Source of the DNA: Cenococcum geophilum
Taxonomy: Eukaryota
DNA: 64,000 bases
NCBI GenBank assembly: GCA_050273025.1
Contig: CP158635.1
Location: forward strand, 20,894,001 to 20,958,000
Direction of reading: 5' to 3'
Part shown: piece by piece, positions 47,701-61,853 of the stretch
How positions within the stretch are numbered: the stretch's first letter is position 1
How the letters are laid out: every line of letters begins with the position of its first letter
Program-made: the position numbers and the translations under genes
The notes under the pieces: generated by a model
Told to the model about the DNA's origin: nothing
The model's input: the letters and a program-made list of their open reading frames with translations, nothing else
Database searches by the model: none

Positions 47701-49715
47701 TCCTTAGGGGTAGCTAATAAGCCTCGCTTATTTAGTATCGGGTAGATTTCTTCTAGGTCTTAAAGTTATTATTTAACTATGTTAAGGAAGCTGTTTATCT
47801 TAAGCTTTCTTATTACATATTTTTTACTATTTAGTTGCGCCTTAATATCCAGATCTAGCTATATCTAAATAGGGATATAGTCTAAGGCGAGTGCCTATTC
47901 TTTTTTAGGTTTGCACCTTTTAAGTCTTTAGTATAGGCCTTTGTCCATAAATATAAGGTTAATTATACTTCTAGTGGTGCCTTATTGCTATATAATTGCT
48001 CCTAAGGGGGTGGCTAGCTTAAGGCCCCCAGTGTCTATAGCTTTTAGTAGGCACTCTACCTATTATTCAGCAGCAATATAGATACCCCCCTACTGTAGGT
48101 GGTAGAGGTTCATGTCTCCTAATAGGATAAACTCTATACCTTTGGTTTCTAGTAAGCTTATTACTAATATAATGTTCTCTGTTTATAGGACCCCTTTAAC
48201 CCTAGGGTTATATACATTAATAATCTATACCGGTCCCCTATATATCTGGATTATTATTACTATAATATCTAGGTTAACTACCTGCTATAACTATAAGGAC
48301 AGGCTAATAGCCTTGCTAATTATAAAGCATACGCGTATAGCTGCTTTTGGTTTGTATAGGAGCTAGAATTCTTAGGGGCAGTATGTTAATTATGTGTAGG
48401 CATTGTAATATAGCTCTTGTATAGTAAGGATATAGTGTTTTTCTGGGTCTAGGCTGTCTAGTAAGGGCCTTATGAGATAGTGGTTTGTATTGCCGTAGTT
48501 ATACTATATAATGGATAGGTGGCAGACTCCTAGCGAGGGTCCTTCGCCTCTCCTTCGTTCCTTACTTCTTCTGTTTCCACTTTCTCTAGGATATTTAGAA
48601 CTTCTATCTCTTATATCTACACCCTAGTTACTACTTATTTTATGTGGAGCTTTCTATTCCTGTATCTTATGTTCCTACTAGCGCTTTTATGTCTAAATCT
48701 ATTATTATCTCCGGTTCTTCCCCTGTTCTTACTAATTAGCTATATACCCTTTAAGAGTTAGCTGCGAATATTATATTTGCCGCGTTAAGTCTAATTCTTA
48801 ATTATCCTAGTTTTAAGCTTGCTATAGCTGTTTATAAGGGTCTTCCTATAGGGCGTCCTCTCCCTTATATTCCCTGTAACCCTTATGTCCCTATACGGTC
48901 TAGTAATATCGCGCGGCGTCGCTTCTAACCCGTTAAGGCTTGGGATGGCTAGCCTAGCCCCCTAGTGTTAAAGGTAGGAAACGCTAGAAAGGCACCTACG
49001 CCCCCCTAGCTTATCGCCTATTATTTCCATTCGTATAACCTAGCGTATAGTTATTCCCGTAGCTGTTAAGCCCTTACCTTCCGTCTCCTATATTTAATAT
49101 AGTCTTCTCTCTCCCACGCCTTGTATATGCTTTAGTAGCAGTTTATATATTTTGTTTAGTCTTAATTTAAGTAATATCTTGTATTATAGGGGCCTATATA
49201 GTGGCCGCAGCACACCTGTGCTGTGTATGTGGATTAGGTGTGTCCCTATTATATATAGCGATAGCATCGTTCTAGGCGGAGTCTGTGGTTATAAAGCCTT
49301 ATGTCGTATATAAGGCCATTTATAATAATACCTTTTTGGATAAGGAGTTTTTGCATTCCTGGTATATATATGCTAACGATAAGGGAGCTATGCGTTTAAC
49401 CGGCGCCTCCCTAGCGAGTCTCTGGCGACCCTTATATTCTTTTATTATTCTTATCGTATGCTTAGTTTGCATTTTCCTATCGTAGCCATTAGATTCGGGT
49501 AATCTCGAGTCCTAGTATAAGGCGTTCCGTTTATTTTACTATCTTATATATGGTTGCTGTATTGTCCGCCTAGCGTCCCTTTTCTACCCTAAGGCTTAGG
49601 GGAACCGCTGAGACTTCAACTGGGTAATCTTCGCGGAGCACTTTTATGCCAATACGTTCTCCTAGCCTGTCCCCTGCCCTTACGGCTCGTTCCTTTGCCT
49701 GTTGGTCCCTTAGAA
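44798..49715 (-). mobile_element. 5'-truncated Tad1-like LINE (part of ORF1, endonuclease, RT), RIP-inactivated
   Basis: 16-bp TSD ataccgctaatatata (44782-97 / 49716-31) and (TTA)n tail. Motifs GDMNLYH (~48115), SYRPIALENTL (~46930), GI(P)(Q)G(S)PL(S)PILFLFF (~46530) and GF(V)(D)(D). Confidence 0.92.
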
Positions 49716-52700
49716 ATACCGCTAATATATAGCTAGTCCGTTAGTTAGTCTAAAAGGGAATATCTTATATTTATATGTTTTGTAATAGGTCTAAAATATA
49801 ATAAAATCTTTAGACTTAGGGTTTATCCTAATTTAGTAAAAGGCCTAGCGGATATTAAGCTTTATAAAGACCTTAGCTTTACTTATTTGGGCTAGAGTTT
49901 TATTAAGTAGGGGTAGCGGATAGCGGTCCTTACGGGTTATATTATTTAGCTTATAGTAGTTAATACAGAAGCGGAGTCCTTTATTTAGCTTTTTAATTAA
50001 AAAAATAGGTAATGTAAAAGGGGCTTAGCTAGGCTTAATAAAGCCCTTATTTAGGTTATTAATAAGATATTACTTTATAGCCTATAATTTAGTAATAAAC
50101 TGCTCGTAGAGGGGGCTAAAGCTAAGGGTATTTTCTTTACCCTGCTTAATCTTAATTTTATAGTTATATGGTCAGTAAGGTAGAAGTATATTAGACGCTA
50201 CTTTAAAGAATATATTCTTAAATTTCTAGTATTAATAGGGTAGCTTTTGTTTTACTAGTTCCTTATCTATAAGCTCGCTTTTTATCCACTAAGCTTACTT
50301 CCCTTTTCCTTAATTATTTAATTAATTTTGTATAAGCTTATTATAAAGGCGATAGTATTAGGCTAAACTAAGTTCTATTAAAATCCTACGGCACTAATAT
50401 AGTATATATTAACTGGTGGGAGGTCTACTAGTTTCCTTATAGCTGTTTTCTAAACCGTATTTTATGGTTTAGGGTTTATAATCTTTCTTAGCTCCTATTC
50501 TATCTTCCGTAGGTTATCCCTCTAATCTATTAGTTTAGTATAACGTCTAACGTCCCTTACTGTTTTTTATGGCTATATAGGGCCTAAGCTTTCTATAAGG
50601 GGCTTTTTTAGGTCACTACTAACTTTCTAGGTCTTTAATGCGGGTGGCGAGATATAGGTAGTCTAGGGGCGAAGTAGTATATAGATCCGTTGCAAATTAA
50701 GCTATATATCTTTCTTAAAGGCCTAGTTTTTATGCATATCATCGGCCTAATAAATAGTATTAATCTAGGGCTGTATAAGGTTTTCTATTATAATGCTGAT
50801 TTCTTTTATAAAGGAAGGGGTTAGGGGTAAGGTTTTAGGCTAGATAAGCCGTCTACTCCGTATATTAAGCTATAAGCCTAAATAGGCTAGCTATTTTCGC
50901 CTTAAAATTATATTATAGCTACCTAGGTCTATAATAAGGAAGGGGATATTATACTACCTTTATCTGTTAACACGGAGGTAAGTTTATAAGATAGTTATAA
51001 TAGGTGGCCCTATCCGCCCGTTATACCCGCGGATAAGAATTAGTTTAGGCAGTTCTTTAATAAGTGCATTTAAAAAGTCAGCCAGCTTTACGGTATACTA
51101 GGTATCTATTAAGGTAAGGGTATTTACTCTAGAGTTAACTAAAGCAGAGGTTAAAACTTGGTATTTATTACGGAATAAAGTATAAGGGATAGTGCAGCTT
51201 CTTTTACTAACTAGCTAACCTAAATTAATATCTAATATATCGATTCCTTTTGACCCTAGAGAGGAGTTTTTTTCTAGGGTTCCTCTTTTTCTAACTCTGC
51301 GCTATTCTCCTAGATTAATAAAACCTTATCTGCTTTTACGCCCGTTAAATAATTCTTTATACGGTAACCTTTCTAACTATAAGAGAAGTAAGCTTCTTAA
51401 TTACTAAGGGCCTATATATAGGGGTTACTGTACGTAGGCCGAGCATTTGCTGGACTTATGGCAGGACTAGCCGTATAGCTAGCTGCTAAATTGGCGGCGG
51501 GCTATACGGGTGGTGCTATAGGGGTTGCCGATTGTGCTAGGGCATTGTGGGCCGTTTTTATATTGCTTATAGTCTAATTTAAAGGGTTTCTAGCTTTATA
51601 CCGTTTGGCGCGTGCCTTAATTTAGTAAAGGCCTTAGTTAATAGCTAAGCGCTAGTCCGTAAGTTCCTTTAGCGTCTATATAGTAGTAAAAACTAGTAAT
51701 ATAGCTCGCTGTAGGTCTAGGGTAAGCTTATTAAATAGGTCTAGCATTAAATCTTTCTGGGGAATTTAAGCCTGGCTAGCTAGGTATAAAAAGCGGGTCT
51801 AAAAGGCTAAGAAGGTCTCTGTTATTTTTATATTTAGGCTTTTATAATTAAATTAGGCGTTTTATACTTTAAAGGGGTCCTTATAAATAAAAAAATAGGT
51901 AGATAATTATCTCTTCTTTAGAAAGGAAGGGATTTATTAAGTCCTGTATATACCGCGGACGTAGGTGCGTTTATACGTCCCTACTAGTACGGCTAAAGAC
52001 ATAGGCTATTTTAGCCTAAGTAGTAGGGAAGTAGTCTGCATTAACTTTAAGCTTATCCTATAATTAAAGCTTTTAATTATTAAATATAGGGTTGGTTCCG
52101 TCTGTAAGTAATAGGGGGTCCGCAACCTTTACGGACTGCGATAATACTAATACTATATATTGGGCTAGAGCCTTAAGGACTATAGCAAGTCTCTAGGTGT
52201 CATGCCCAAGCCCAACCCACTCGGCCATGCAAACTAAAAAGATAGCAGCAGTGTCTCGCGACTGGACGGGCTGCCGGTTGGAATGCCTTATAAGCTCTAC
52301 AGCTTATACCGCCGTATAGGTAGCGCAAGGTCTAACACTAGGTGTTTAATAATTCTTTATTAGGTATAGGGGGTTCTCTAGCTTTAAGTAGCTCTTAAAG
52401 TTGTTTAATTTTAGTATTAGCTACTATAAGCTCTACCTAGGAGTTTGAGTTAGTTGCTATTTTACTATTAGAGGTATTTAAGGGTCCTACGGCTACTTTA
52501 CCAGCTACTATATTTCTTAGTATTATGGTATAGTTATTAGGGTAACTTCTAGTAGGATTCTATAGGGGTTTTAGTCTATGCGTATTCTATAGATCTTATT
52601 ATTCTTTTCTATTCTTCTAGTTTTATTTTATTCTTTAAGTTCTAATAATAGTCTTTAGGTCTATTTCTGTGTTCTGTTCTTATTTATAGTTTATAAATAT

Positions 52701-53692
52701 TTTTAAGTTCCTTCTTAGAAAGAAGAGGTAGTTAAGCTTTAGATAATATTAGCGACTTAGTTAATTTGAGGTACAAGCACAGCAAGAGGGACGCGCAAGC
52801 CTGTACGAATGGTAGTCTATAAACAAAGATCTAAAGCTAAAAAAAGGAAAGAAGATGGGGGGTAGCGCCGCTTAACGTTATATATAATCCGTTGGTTACG
52901 TAATAGTAACTATTTAGAACTGTATAAAACTGTCTGCGACTATCTATAACTGTTTGCAACTATCTATAACTATCCGCTATAATCTACTAATATCTACTAG
53001 CCGCAATCTACCAGTTTTTACCAGTGCCGTAATAATATATTAAGTATATATAAAGAGATATTATAGCGCAGCCTACCTTATATAAAACTAGTAAATATAT
53101 AGGCTTAGTATATGCAGCATATATACATAGTCTATACTATAATAACTTAGCTTATTTATTTAATGCTATAGTTAATAGGAAGTATATACTAAGTATATAT
53201 ACCTTAAGCATTCTAGAATATTATTTTATATTATATATATTAAATAAATACTATAATATAGCCTATCTTATATAGAATATAAAGGCAATACTTTAGAGGG
53301 TAGTATATAAGGGAGTAAGATCTCTGTAAGATAAAAATAGAATAGGTAAAGTATATAGAGTAAGCATATGCAAAGTATATATAAAGACTATATAATGCGT
53401 ATGTAGGTATATTTTAACAACTTAGATTATTAATTTTATTATTGCATATGCCCTGCATATACCTGGCATATAATTTATAATTTATTAAATATTTTAAATT
53501 CTATAAAATAAAGTATTTTGGGTTATATATGCGCTGCAAATGCAAAAACTTAGCGGGCTTAGAAGCTAAGTGGGGTCAGAAAGGTTCTGACCCTATTGAA
53601 CTTTCTAACCTTGCCAAGTTTTTCCGTGACCCCCCCGAGCTGCACCCCGTATGACTAGTAGTGGCCTAAGTTTAATAAGTCTTAATAAATAG

Positions 53693-53784
53693 GCTTAGAC
53701 GTGATTTTGGCGGCGCGTCCATAAAGGGTTAGTTAGCACAGCGGACTAATAGAATATCCGCGCCAACCAAAATCACGTCTGAGC
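53693..53784. repeat. Small inverted repeat (25-bp arms, ~40-nt spacer)
   Basis: gcttagacgtgattttggcggcgcg / cgcgccaaccaaaatcacgtctgagc. Confidence 0.8.
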
Positions 53785-53899
53785 TCGCTGAGGTAATCCT
53801 TTTATAACAATGCGTTCGCTTATTACCGAGCTTGCTCTAATCCTAGCTATTGTTTGCAATACCTTCTCCCTATCCACATGAGTTATAAATCACTAATTT

Positions 53900-55620
53900 T
53901 TCATGTCTTATGTCTCCCGAATTTTTCGATTGCTCCCCAAACTCCGTAGGAGAACTTGGCGCTCTAGGATTACGGTAATGCCCATCCTTCTAAGTGCCAT
54001 TTGCATTTTTATTGCACCTTTCTACGCGATATATAAGCTACCTACTTTTCTGATACGGTATTTCCAGCACCGGTGGCCAGATGCCCTTTAGCGAGCCTTG
54101 ACATCTTTAAAGATTATGGCGCTTATAATTGATAATAGGCCGTCCGAATATACCGGAGAGATAATATAGATCCTCAAAGCCAACAACGCAACGGCTACCT
54201 TTTTTATTATTAAATCACAAGTTGCAGGATATGAGCAGATATTATAAGACCTAATACCCAACGGAAACGAGCTAGGAAATCATGCAATGCACAATAAGCC
54301 TTCGCGACCCCTTAGTAACACTACTCTTGTTAAGTAGATTTACTCCGTGGAAGGATTGCTTAATAAGACATACGCTGCCGTTAATATAGAGCCTCCCTCT
54401 AAATACTTTCGACTGGGTTCAGGCTTGTTTAGCGAAAGGATGCGCCAGATGCTGGGCAGACTGGACTACCGAATAGTTCTTGGCAGCATATATCCACACA
54501 ATCCGCAGATTCCTTACTGGCGTATTAATGCGAGACATACTAAGCATGTTATGACCCGGTGGAATAATTATCTGCCATAACCGTAGGATATGGACGGCTC
54601 CCATGCTGCGTAGAGCGCTCCCCAAGATTCGGCGTCGAGGTTATCGCATAGTCACTATTATAGAGTTATTGAGGGAAACAAAGGCATAATGTCGCTGAAG
54701 ACATTATACTGGTTTCTCAGCATTGGCGGGGGAGGCTTAATCTATGTTGTGGCTTATAACCGAGATAATGTATTCTACAGCAACTTGCTTAGCATGTGAG
54801 CATCAGTCCCAATATAGTACAGATTATTAATTCCTTCACGTAACTACTGGCACTAAGCGGTAGGCAACCTTTCTAAAGTATATCTAATATCAGCTCCGAG
54901 TATAAGCCTTTAGCGGCCTCGTAATCTCTTAAGCGCCAAGCTGGTATCCGTTATAAAGAATCTCTATATAGTTAATCCAAGCTTTTTATAATCTCCTACA
55001 GCTCCGCCTCTCGTAACTACAGAAAAGGCGGCGGTATCCCGTTTAACAATCGCTTATAGACATTTGGGCTATCGTAGATATAGCGTAACAACATTAGAGA
55101 GAAATTTTCCGACTTAAATTTTGGTGTTCTATAATACCCACGAAATTAATTTCTATTTCGATTATTCCGAGAGGCGCCGTGAAGAAAGAAACGCATCAAT
55201 ATTGGGATATACGAAGGACCAACACTATAAGAAGTGGTTTGTACTCGGTGACCTGTTTATCCGTTAACTTCCCTTAGGCTCCCCCTTGTTCTCCTATTGT
55301 GCCAAAACAGCACCAAGGTTATAACGATAGGACGATCCTACAGCGGAATACCGCCTAAAAACGGTGCGAGAGGATATATCGAGCTCCTTTTTACTCACTA
55401 GGATTTAAATTGTGGATTAACAACAATTGTGGTTTCAGAGCTTAGGAAGTAATCTCCTAAAGTAGGGGAACCGGATATACCGGTGGACAAAGAGTTATAG
55501 CAATATATCTGCGTTCTATACACTCCATAGAAAGTTAGGAGCAATCAGCAGCTGTTAATCTTCTAACGCCGCAGAATAACCGGAATTCTAGGCAGTGTGC
55601 CTAGGTGGACCTATCTCATA
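53900..55620 (-). pseudogene. Degenerate unidentified gene
   Basis: Gene-like composition with a long minus frame broken mainly by TAA/TAG. No family was recognised. Confidence 0.3.
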
Positions 55621-56115
55621 TACCGCATAATCCTAGATTATATTATAGTTATCTTTTAGTGAATGTATAGAGTATTTATGGTAGTATACTTTCTATAGCT
55701 ATTAGTAAGGTATCTGGCTAAAATAAATAGGACTTATAGTTTTTTTGTCATATAAACGCGACTAGTTGGTTAAATTGGTAAACGAAAGCAACGCTACAGT
55801 TTTACGCATTCGCGCATTTCTACCTTACGCACGAAACCCCGGCGCATTACGCACAGCGCGCTTTTTTCGCCCTCACAGGGTCGCCACGTATATCTAGGCA
55901 TCCGCCGCCTTTTCGCCTTTTCGCCTTGCGCATGGTTCGCATTTCTCTTGCCTTTCTTCACACCAGGTCCTCAGCTCAGCTATTTTCCCAATATTCGCGG
56001 TCATCTATATCAAAAATTTAACCTGCCAAGACCTACTATTCAACGGGCCTTAGTTATTCCACTGTAAGCCTCTTAGAAGCCTTCGGTCCGATAACTATTA
56101 AGGTAAACGCTTTAT

Positions 56116-57560
56116 TATAAAATAATTCATTCCTACCCTCGCTTACAAAAATTATAGGCAGCGTATTCCATAAGTGGCCCTCTAGTTAGCAAACATATAC
56201 CAAGTGGCTTTTATTAAAGAAATTTTCTGCCGGTTTACACATCGTCGGGAAGAAGCGGAAGAGGCATTTTAGAATTTATCTTATAGTAGATCAGGTCTCT
56301 ACTCTTAGCGCATTATATAAAGGCTAGAGCTCTCCTAGCCTCCAAAAAACCGAAACGCTAGCTGCTAGTCCCTTATCTAATAAGGGCATATCCAAAAAAC
56401 GTAAACGCGGTCTCAAAGGCCGAGACGAGCCATATAATAAAGACAATAGCTTAGAGAAAATCCGTAAGGTTAATATAGCTTCTTTAGACAGCAATCGAAG
56501 CATTTCTACCAGGCTGGCATGCCCGTTTTTTAAACGAAATCTAAGGTTATATTAAGGCTCAACCTTCGGATCGAGATCCTATAGGTTCCTAGGATTTACC
56601 ACTATCCACTGGTTAAAGTTAGTTTTCATATTACATATTCCTATATAGTGGCTAATCAGCCACCAGGGAGCATTTATACAGGGCTTATTCTTTGCCGATC
56701 TAATACCCTAGATATAGCAAGTCTTTTACTGTTAAATCTGACCTTAATGCATATTTAAGATCTGCACCAAGTTGCGAGATTTAAGAAAATGCGCGGATGT
56801 AGGGCATAAATAAAGAGCAGGAGAAAAAATTAAGAAGTAAAAAGCGGTCGGCGGACGTGCAATCCGAAGAAGATAAGTAGAAGGCAGTCTATCGAATACT
56901 GTTTCTAGATAACAACCCCTCGGTAATACCATCACCCTGTAAAATATTAGAATTTGCGTAAATATAAAACTAGCTAATTGAAGTCGGCAGATTTTGAATA
57001 TAATTAGACTACCAACGGGGATAAGATATCAGTGTCCGAATTTATTAGGTTTAAAGAATATTCTAGGTGCGAGCTGCCACAGGTTGTAAAGATATAACTT
57101 AAAAGAGTTATAGACAAGGAGGTGGAACCATTTAAGGAGCAGCTGCACAGTCTTCTAATAAATTTAGTCCGTAATTGCTAGGACAGTCTTCTAAAATTAT
57201 ACCATTAAACAGTACTAGCAAAGCGTATTCCTAAGGGGCTATTAAGCGATAACTCATTGCGTATAGATAAGGGATTTAAAGCAAAACCACAGGATACTAG
57301 TAGTACTTTAAAGGAAACTAAAAATTAAGAACGCAATAGGCCTTCGCCTCGAGACTCTACCGTACAAGCATAAATAGTTCTTTCCTCTTTTTCTAATACC
57401 CGAGATTTACATTCAGTTAGTGTTGCCTCCGCTGTATAGATATCGCCATCTAGCGGATCTAATGCAGCAGCGGTATTAGGTTGTTTGAGTACTTTAAAGA
57501 GCAGAAAGGCACATTCCACTAACGCCGATTCTAGTGCAGAAATAAATCCGCCGGAATAGG
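56116..57560 (+). pseudogene. RIP-inactivated fungal C2H2 zinc-finger-domain gene
   Basis: RLACPFFKRN (56511) ... GFTTIH.LK|intron|EHLYRA(H)...(C)PR(C)..F...DL(D)A(H)L ... (W)KAVYRILF. Boundaries are approximate. Confidence 0.7.
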
Positions 57561-57932
57561 ATATTTACCTCTCCTCCCGGCCCTTTTAGAACGCAAGCCA
57601 CTAAACTAACCAATTTCTCCACGTAGCTAGGGGCGCTAAGTAAGTTCTAGAGCGTAAGTTAACTACTGTTTATGCCTTACTATTTCGGGTAGGGGTTTCG
57701 GAGGGGGCGTTAGGTTCCTTATAGGAACCAATATTTGTTTTAGGCGGGTTAGTGGTGCGTAATAACGTTATAAAACTTCTAATATACTATTATCTGAACG
57801 TTCTAAGTTTTTCTTCTTTTTATGTAAATTTAATATCTATTGCCTGCAAAGCAACAAGATTAGTAATACCCAAATTTAAACAACCATAAACTTTAAATAC
57901 GCTTTCTTTAATAAATAAACGCCTGCTATAAT

Positions 57933-58573
57933 TTAGGAGCTCCTCGGGCCCGTGCTTAAATTTTCTTTATCGGAACAATGTATTTAACGGAATTAGCACC
58001 AATATGTTCATAAGAGCAGCTTAACATACCGCTTTGGTAAAAGCCATCCACTCTTATACTCCTTTTAAGTAAGGGTTGTCTGTCTCTAACGGCATTAACT
58101 CATAACTCTATATAGTTATCTCGTCAAAAGAGCCAACCTCTTCGGCAAGTTTAACCTCGGCAGGCTTCTCATCCTTATCCTCATCCTTATCCTCCTTATT
58201 ATCATTAGAGCTATTATTTTTCTCACTGTTTATCTATAGAGCGACTTTATTGGTAATATTTAAGACAGAACCTATATAAGATTAGTTAAGACTTTAGGAG
58301 AGTCTAATGGGCAAACGTACCCCAGTAGCCATCCGGTATTTTAAGATTCTTTCCTTTTAACTTACGTCCGCGGAAATAAGCGGTATTTATGCCATCTAGC
58401 AGAGTTAGGTTATCGGTAATAGGTTATATATCTTAATATTACGCACTAGTCTCGACTTCAGGGTTTTAATATCTTTTGGTGGCATTAACGGAGCTATTAT
58501 GGTTGAGATAATATAGAATAATATTTAGAGCACATTTGGTAGATTTGGTGTTGGATTGCTGTATAGCTAATAT
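57933..58573 (-). pseudogene. RNH203: RNase H2 subunit C pseudogene (RIP stops, ATG>ATA)
   Basis: (M)LAIQ..KCA(P)NII(P)(C).LNH(D)(G)SV(D)ATKRY(W)NP, TAYFRGRKLKGK, an acidic linker and FDEITI(W)S(H)E..(D)PYLKGV(Q)EWMAF, with introns retained. Confidence 0.85.
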
Positions 58574-59386
58574 AATAGATACGGGAGTTGTAGGAAGGTC
58601 GCGACTTTTCGCGTCTAATGGGATGCATGTAGATTAGATTAGATGCATCTCGCTTAGCCGTGCTAAGCTTTTTTTTTATATAGATGCGAAGCTCGTATAA
58701 CGGCTGAAATGGGCGTAATGGAGTAGGCTGAATGTAACTCTAATATCGGACTTTATCAGGGCGAATTAGCATTGCCCGGGCTCGTTAAGGCATAGAAAAC
58801 GTCAAATGGGCACTGCTGCAACATGTGGGGGATTTAGATGCCGGAGAAGACGCCCGACGACTGCCTCCAGAGCATTAGACCCTGCAATCGAAAACGGAAG
58901 ATCCCATAGGCCTTATTATCGTCGCATAAAGCGGCAGCAATAATGCCGCTAATTAATATTAATATCGATCGGCGTACGTGCATCTACCGCGCTATATTCT
59001 ATCCCGACTCGCAGTAGGCGCAAAAACGTCATCAAATGGCTAGAAGGGGAAGAGCCTGTTATTAATTCTGCATCTTAAACAATTTTAACACATTTTGCAC
59101 GCTCCACTAGCCCACAAGTAAGTCGACCCGAGAGTGCAGTCATGGCAGCCACTGCTTGGCTTATGCTCTTCCGGTATTACCTCGTCAACAACGTTTGTAG
59201 TAGTAACAGGAACTACCTGCGAGGGTCCCGGTAACAACTTTTTTAATTTATAGAGAGCGTTATTTATTTCATCTCTTTGTTTATCACCGCTCTTTAGCTC
59301 TTTAATTTGCTTTTATACACGTTCCAGTATACCTTATCCCTTATAATCTTTTATTTTGACACTCTTAAAAGTTCCACATCAATCTA

Positions 59387-61016
59387 ATGGCTCTCGTTAA
59401 TCCGCTCTTTAAGCGTATCTAAACGCTATGGAACTCCGCTTAGGCATAAGCATAGGGACCTCTTGTATTATTATCCAGGACCGCAGTGCTATCTTATTCT
59501 AAAGTATTAAGTTCGGCCGTCTAGCAATATACAACGGCGATTTAGAAGAGGCTTTAGCCATTTACGGAAATCTAAAAGCGCAGCCTAGTTACCCGGTGGT
59601 ACTTCTACGCGTTCACAATAAGAAGTTCTAGTTTCGACTAGTACTCTTAGCTAATATAGTATATTAGCTACTCTACATCTCTATGTTTAGAATGCTTCGG
59701 TAATCGTACCCAATTACTATATAGCTCCGGAAAGGAAATCGAGAACACCAGAATTAAGGCAGTGGTATACGTTTAGACGTGGCTATTGCTTCTAGAGCTA
59801 TTATAACTGCTCTTTAAAGCATATCTAGTATACGAATTCTTTTAACATAGGCCTTGTAATGGTTGGATTATAGGCTAATAAAACGCAGGTCTTTTTAGAA
59901 AGCTATATACTTAAAGAAGTATTCTATCTAGATCTAACCGAGTTCTTTAAAGTAAAGTCCTGTGACTCTAGCTGTAATGCTTCAACCGCTTACAAGCCCT
60001 ATAACCTTTCGTTTTTAACCGCTTCCAACTATCCAATGGTTTTACACTCACTTCCACTATAAGCAACAGCTTTGTAGGAATAGCCTAAAGAAGCAACAGC
60101 CTTAAAAACGCCGAGCTCAACGTCAGCGCCCACTACGACAGCAACGACATGTTCTCCGCCTTCCTCTCCCCAGACATAACATGCTCGTGCCCGATATGGC
60201 TGCCCAAATCCGACCCCCGCTCCGCCACTAAGTCGCTTAAAGACGCTTAGAGGCACAAACTGCAGCGCTTTATTAATATACACACACCAAGCCAACTAAC
60301 CACGTCCTCGAGATTAGCACTGGCTAGGGCAGCTTCGCCACCCAAGCCGTGTAGTAGACTGGCTGCACCGTAGCCACCACAACGCTTAGCCCCGAGCAGC
60401 GCATCCGGGCCGCAGGACTCGCGGATGGAATCACCGTGCAGCAGACCGACTACCGCGACCTCCAGACCCCAACCACGAGGTCCTATGACAAGATCATCAG
60501 CATCGAGATGCTCGAGGCGGTCGGCGCGGCACACCTAGAAACCTACTTCGCCGGCATCGACCGCCTGCTGAAGCGCGACGGTGGGGTGGTGGTCTTCCAG
60601 TGCATCACGATCCCCAACGCCCGCCACGCCGCCTACGCCCGCTCCGACGACTTCATCCGCCGCTGCATCTCCCTCGGCGGCCACCTGCCCGCCGTCACGC
60701 GGCTGGTCTCCGCCATCGCGGCCGGCTCGCGCGGCGCCCCGTCGTCGACGGCGTCGAGAATATCGGCTCGCACTACGCGAAGGCGACGCGGCTGTGGCGC
60801 GAGGCGTTCCTGCGCGAGTTCGGCGCGGAGGTCCGGCCAGCGCTTCGGCACGAGCATGCGGGGATGGGGGAGCGGGACATGGAGGTTTTCAGGAGGAAGT
60901 GGGAGTGCTGTTTTGCGTATTCGGAGGCCGGGTTCGCGACAAGGACACTGGGCGATGTTGTGGTTACTGTAACGAGGGAGGGCGTGGCGGAGTTGATGGA
61001 GGATGTGCAGTTGTAA
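59387..61016 (+). pseudogene. Cyclopropane-fatty-acyl-phospholipid synthase-like SAM methyltransferase pseudogene (stops, frameshift, deletions)
   Basis: (W)GPLV..SRTAVLS, LRVHN.KF(W)FRL, NVSAHYD.SNDMFSAFLSPD, HVLEI(G)TG*GSFA, YDKIISIEMLEAVG, ENIGSHYAKATRLWR and FRRKWE..FAYSEAGF. Confidence 0.88.
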
Positions 61017-61853
61017 TTTAAACACCCACCGAGCGTGCCTAGGGACTTTTGCTCTTGCTCGCGCTCTCGCCTGAGAGCCCTTTCCACGCTTGCGATTTGC
61101 GATTTGCTGAGTCTAGTGGCGTAGGGCCGAGTCAAGGTTGTTTATCGAGACGGGGAGGGGGGCGTCCTGGTGATTTTGCCCAAAGTCGGCTGGATGTCAC
61201 GGTTGTGGTGGAGGGACGGCCTTGTGAGAATTGGAGTTCGGCTGGAGTATGTGCTTTGTGATGTTGATGATACCAATGAGGTAGTAGAGAGCGTTGTGAT
61301 GAATTAGATTGTCTTCACCCTTAAGACTTGCTTTAGGGTTTTTAATAAGTGCTATAAGGGGTAAGAATTTATGGAATGCTAGAGATGCTAGGGGTATCCG
61401 GCTATAAAGAAGAGGACTGGTATTATAGAAGTAGATCTTAGGAGCGTATTACGCGAACTCGCGGTTGAATTGTTCTATTTAATTAGATGATTTTGCTCCT
61501 TAATATCTCGTACGTAGTAACCCTATTCATGATCATAGACAGAATCTCAATCCACCTTACGGCCGTCCATTTCTCCTATTAACATAAAGCTCTAGTTCTC
61601 TTAGCGTAGATTCGCCCCTCCTCCTACTTAACGTTACAGATAGCCCAATATCGACTTCTTACTAGTGCTGCGCCGGAGACATCTGTGGTGCTTCTCCTAG
61701 TCTCCGTAAACTCTGGTATAGTTTGCTTGTCCAATTCTCTTAGAACTTTCTCTAGCGGTCTCAAAGTCCCGAAAAATCCAGTTCTAGACTCGACCCTAAC
61801 TTCCGTCTTATAGCATTTCTGCTCTCCATACAATATCCACTTTACTCCCTCCC

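Larger units (their letters stand above)
33901..53034 (-). mobile_element. Ty3/Gypsy family C, RIP-inactivated (LTRs 33901-34188, 52747-53034)
   Basis: 288-bp LTR pair, TSD atatg/atata and PPT next to 34189. Minus-strand gag, protease (LVNSR = LVDSG, ~51135), RT, integrase and chromodomain. Confidence 0.92.
33467..53648. mobile_element. Non-autonomous Mutator-like (MULE) element (~1 kb own sequence) inflated by nested retroelements
   Basis: 9-bp TSD gtatgacta (33458-66 / 53649-57), GGGG...CCCC ends and imperfect TIRs ggggcttacagttcgcgggggttacagaaaagtt vs ggggtgcagctcgggggggtcacggaaaaactt. Confidence 0.8.
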
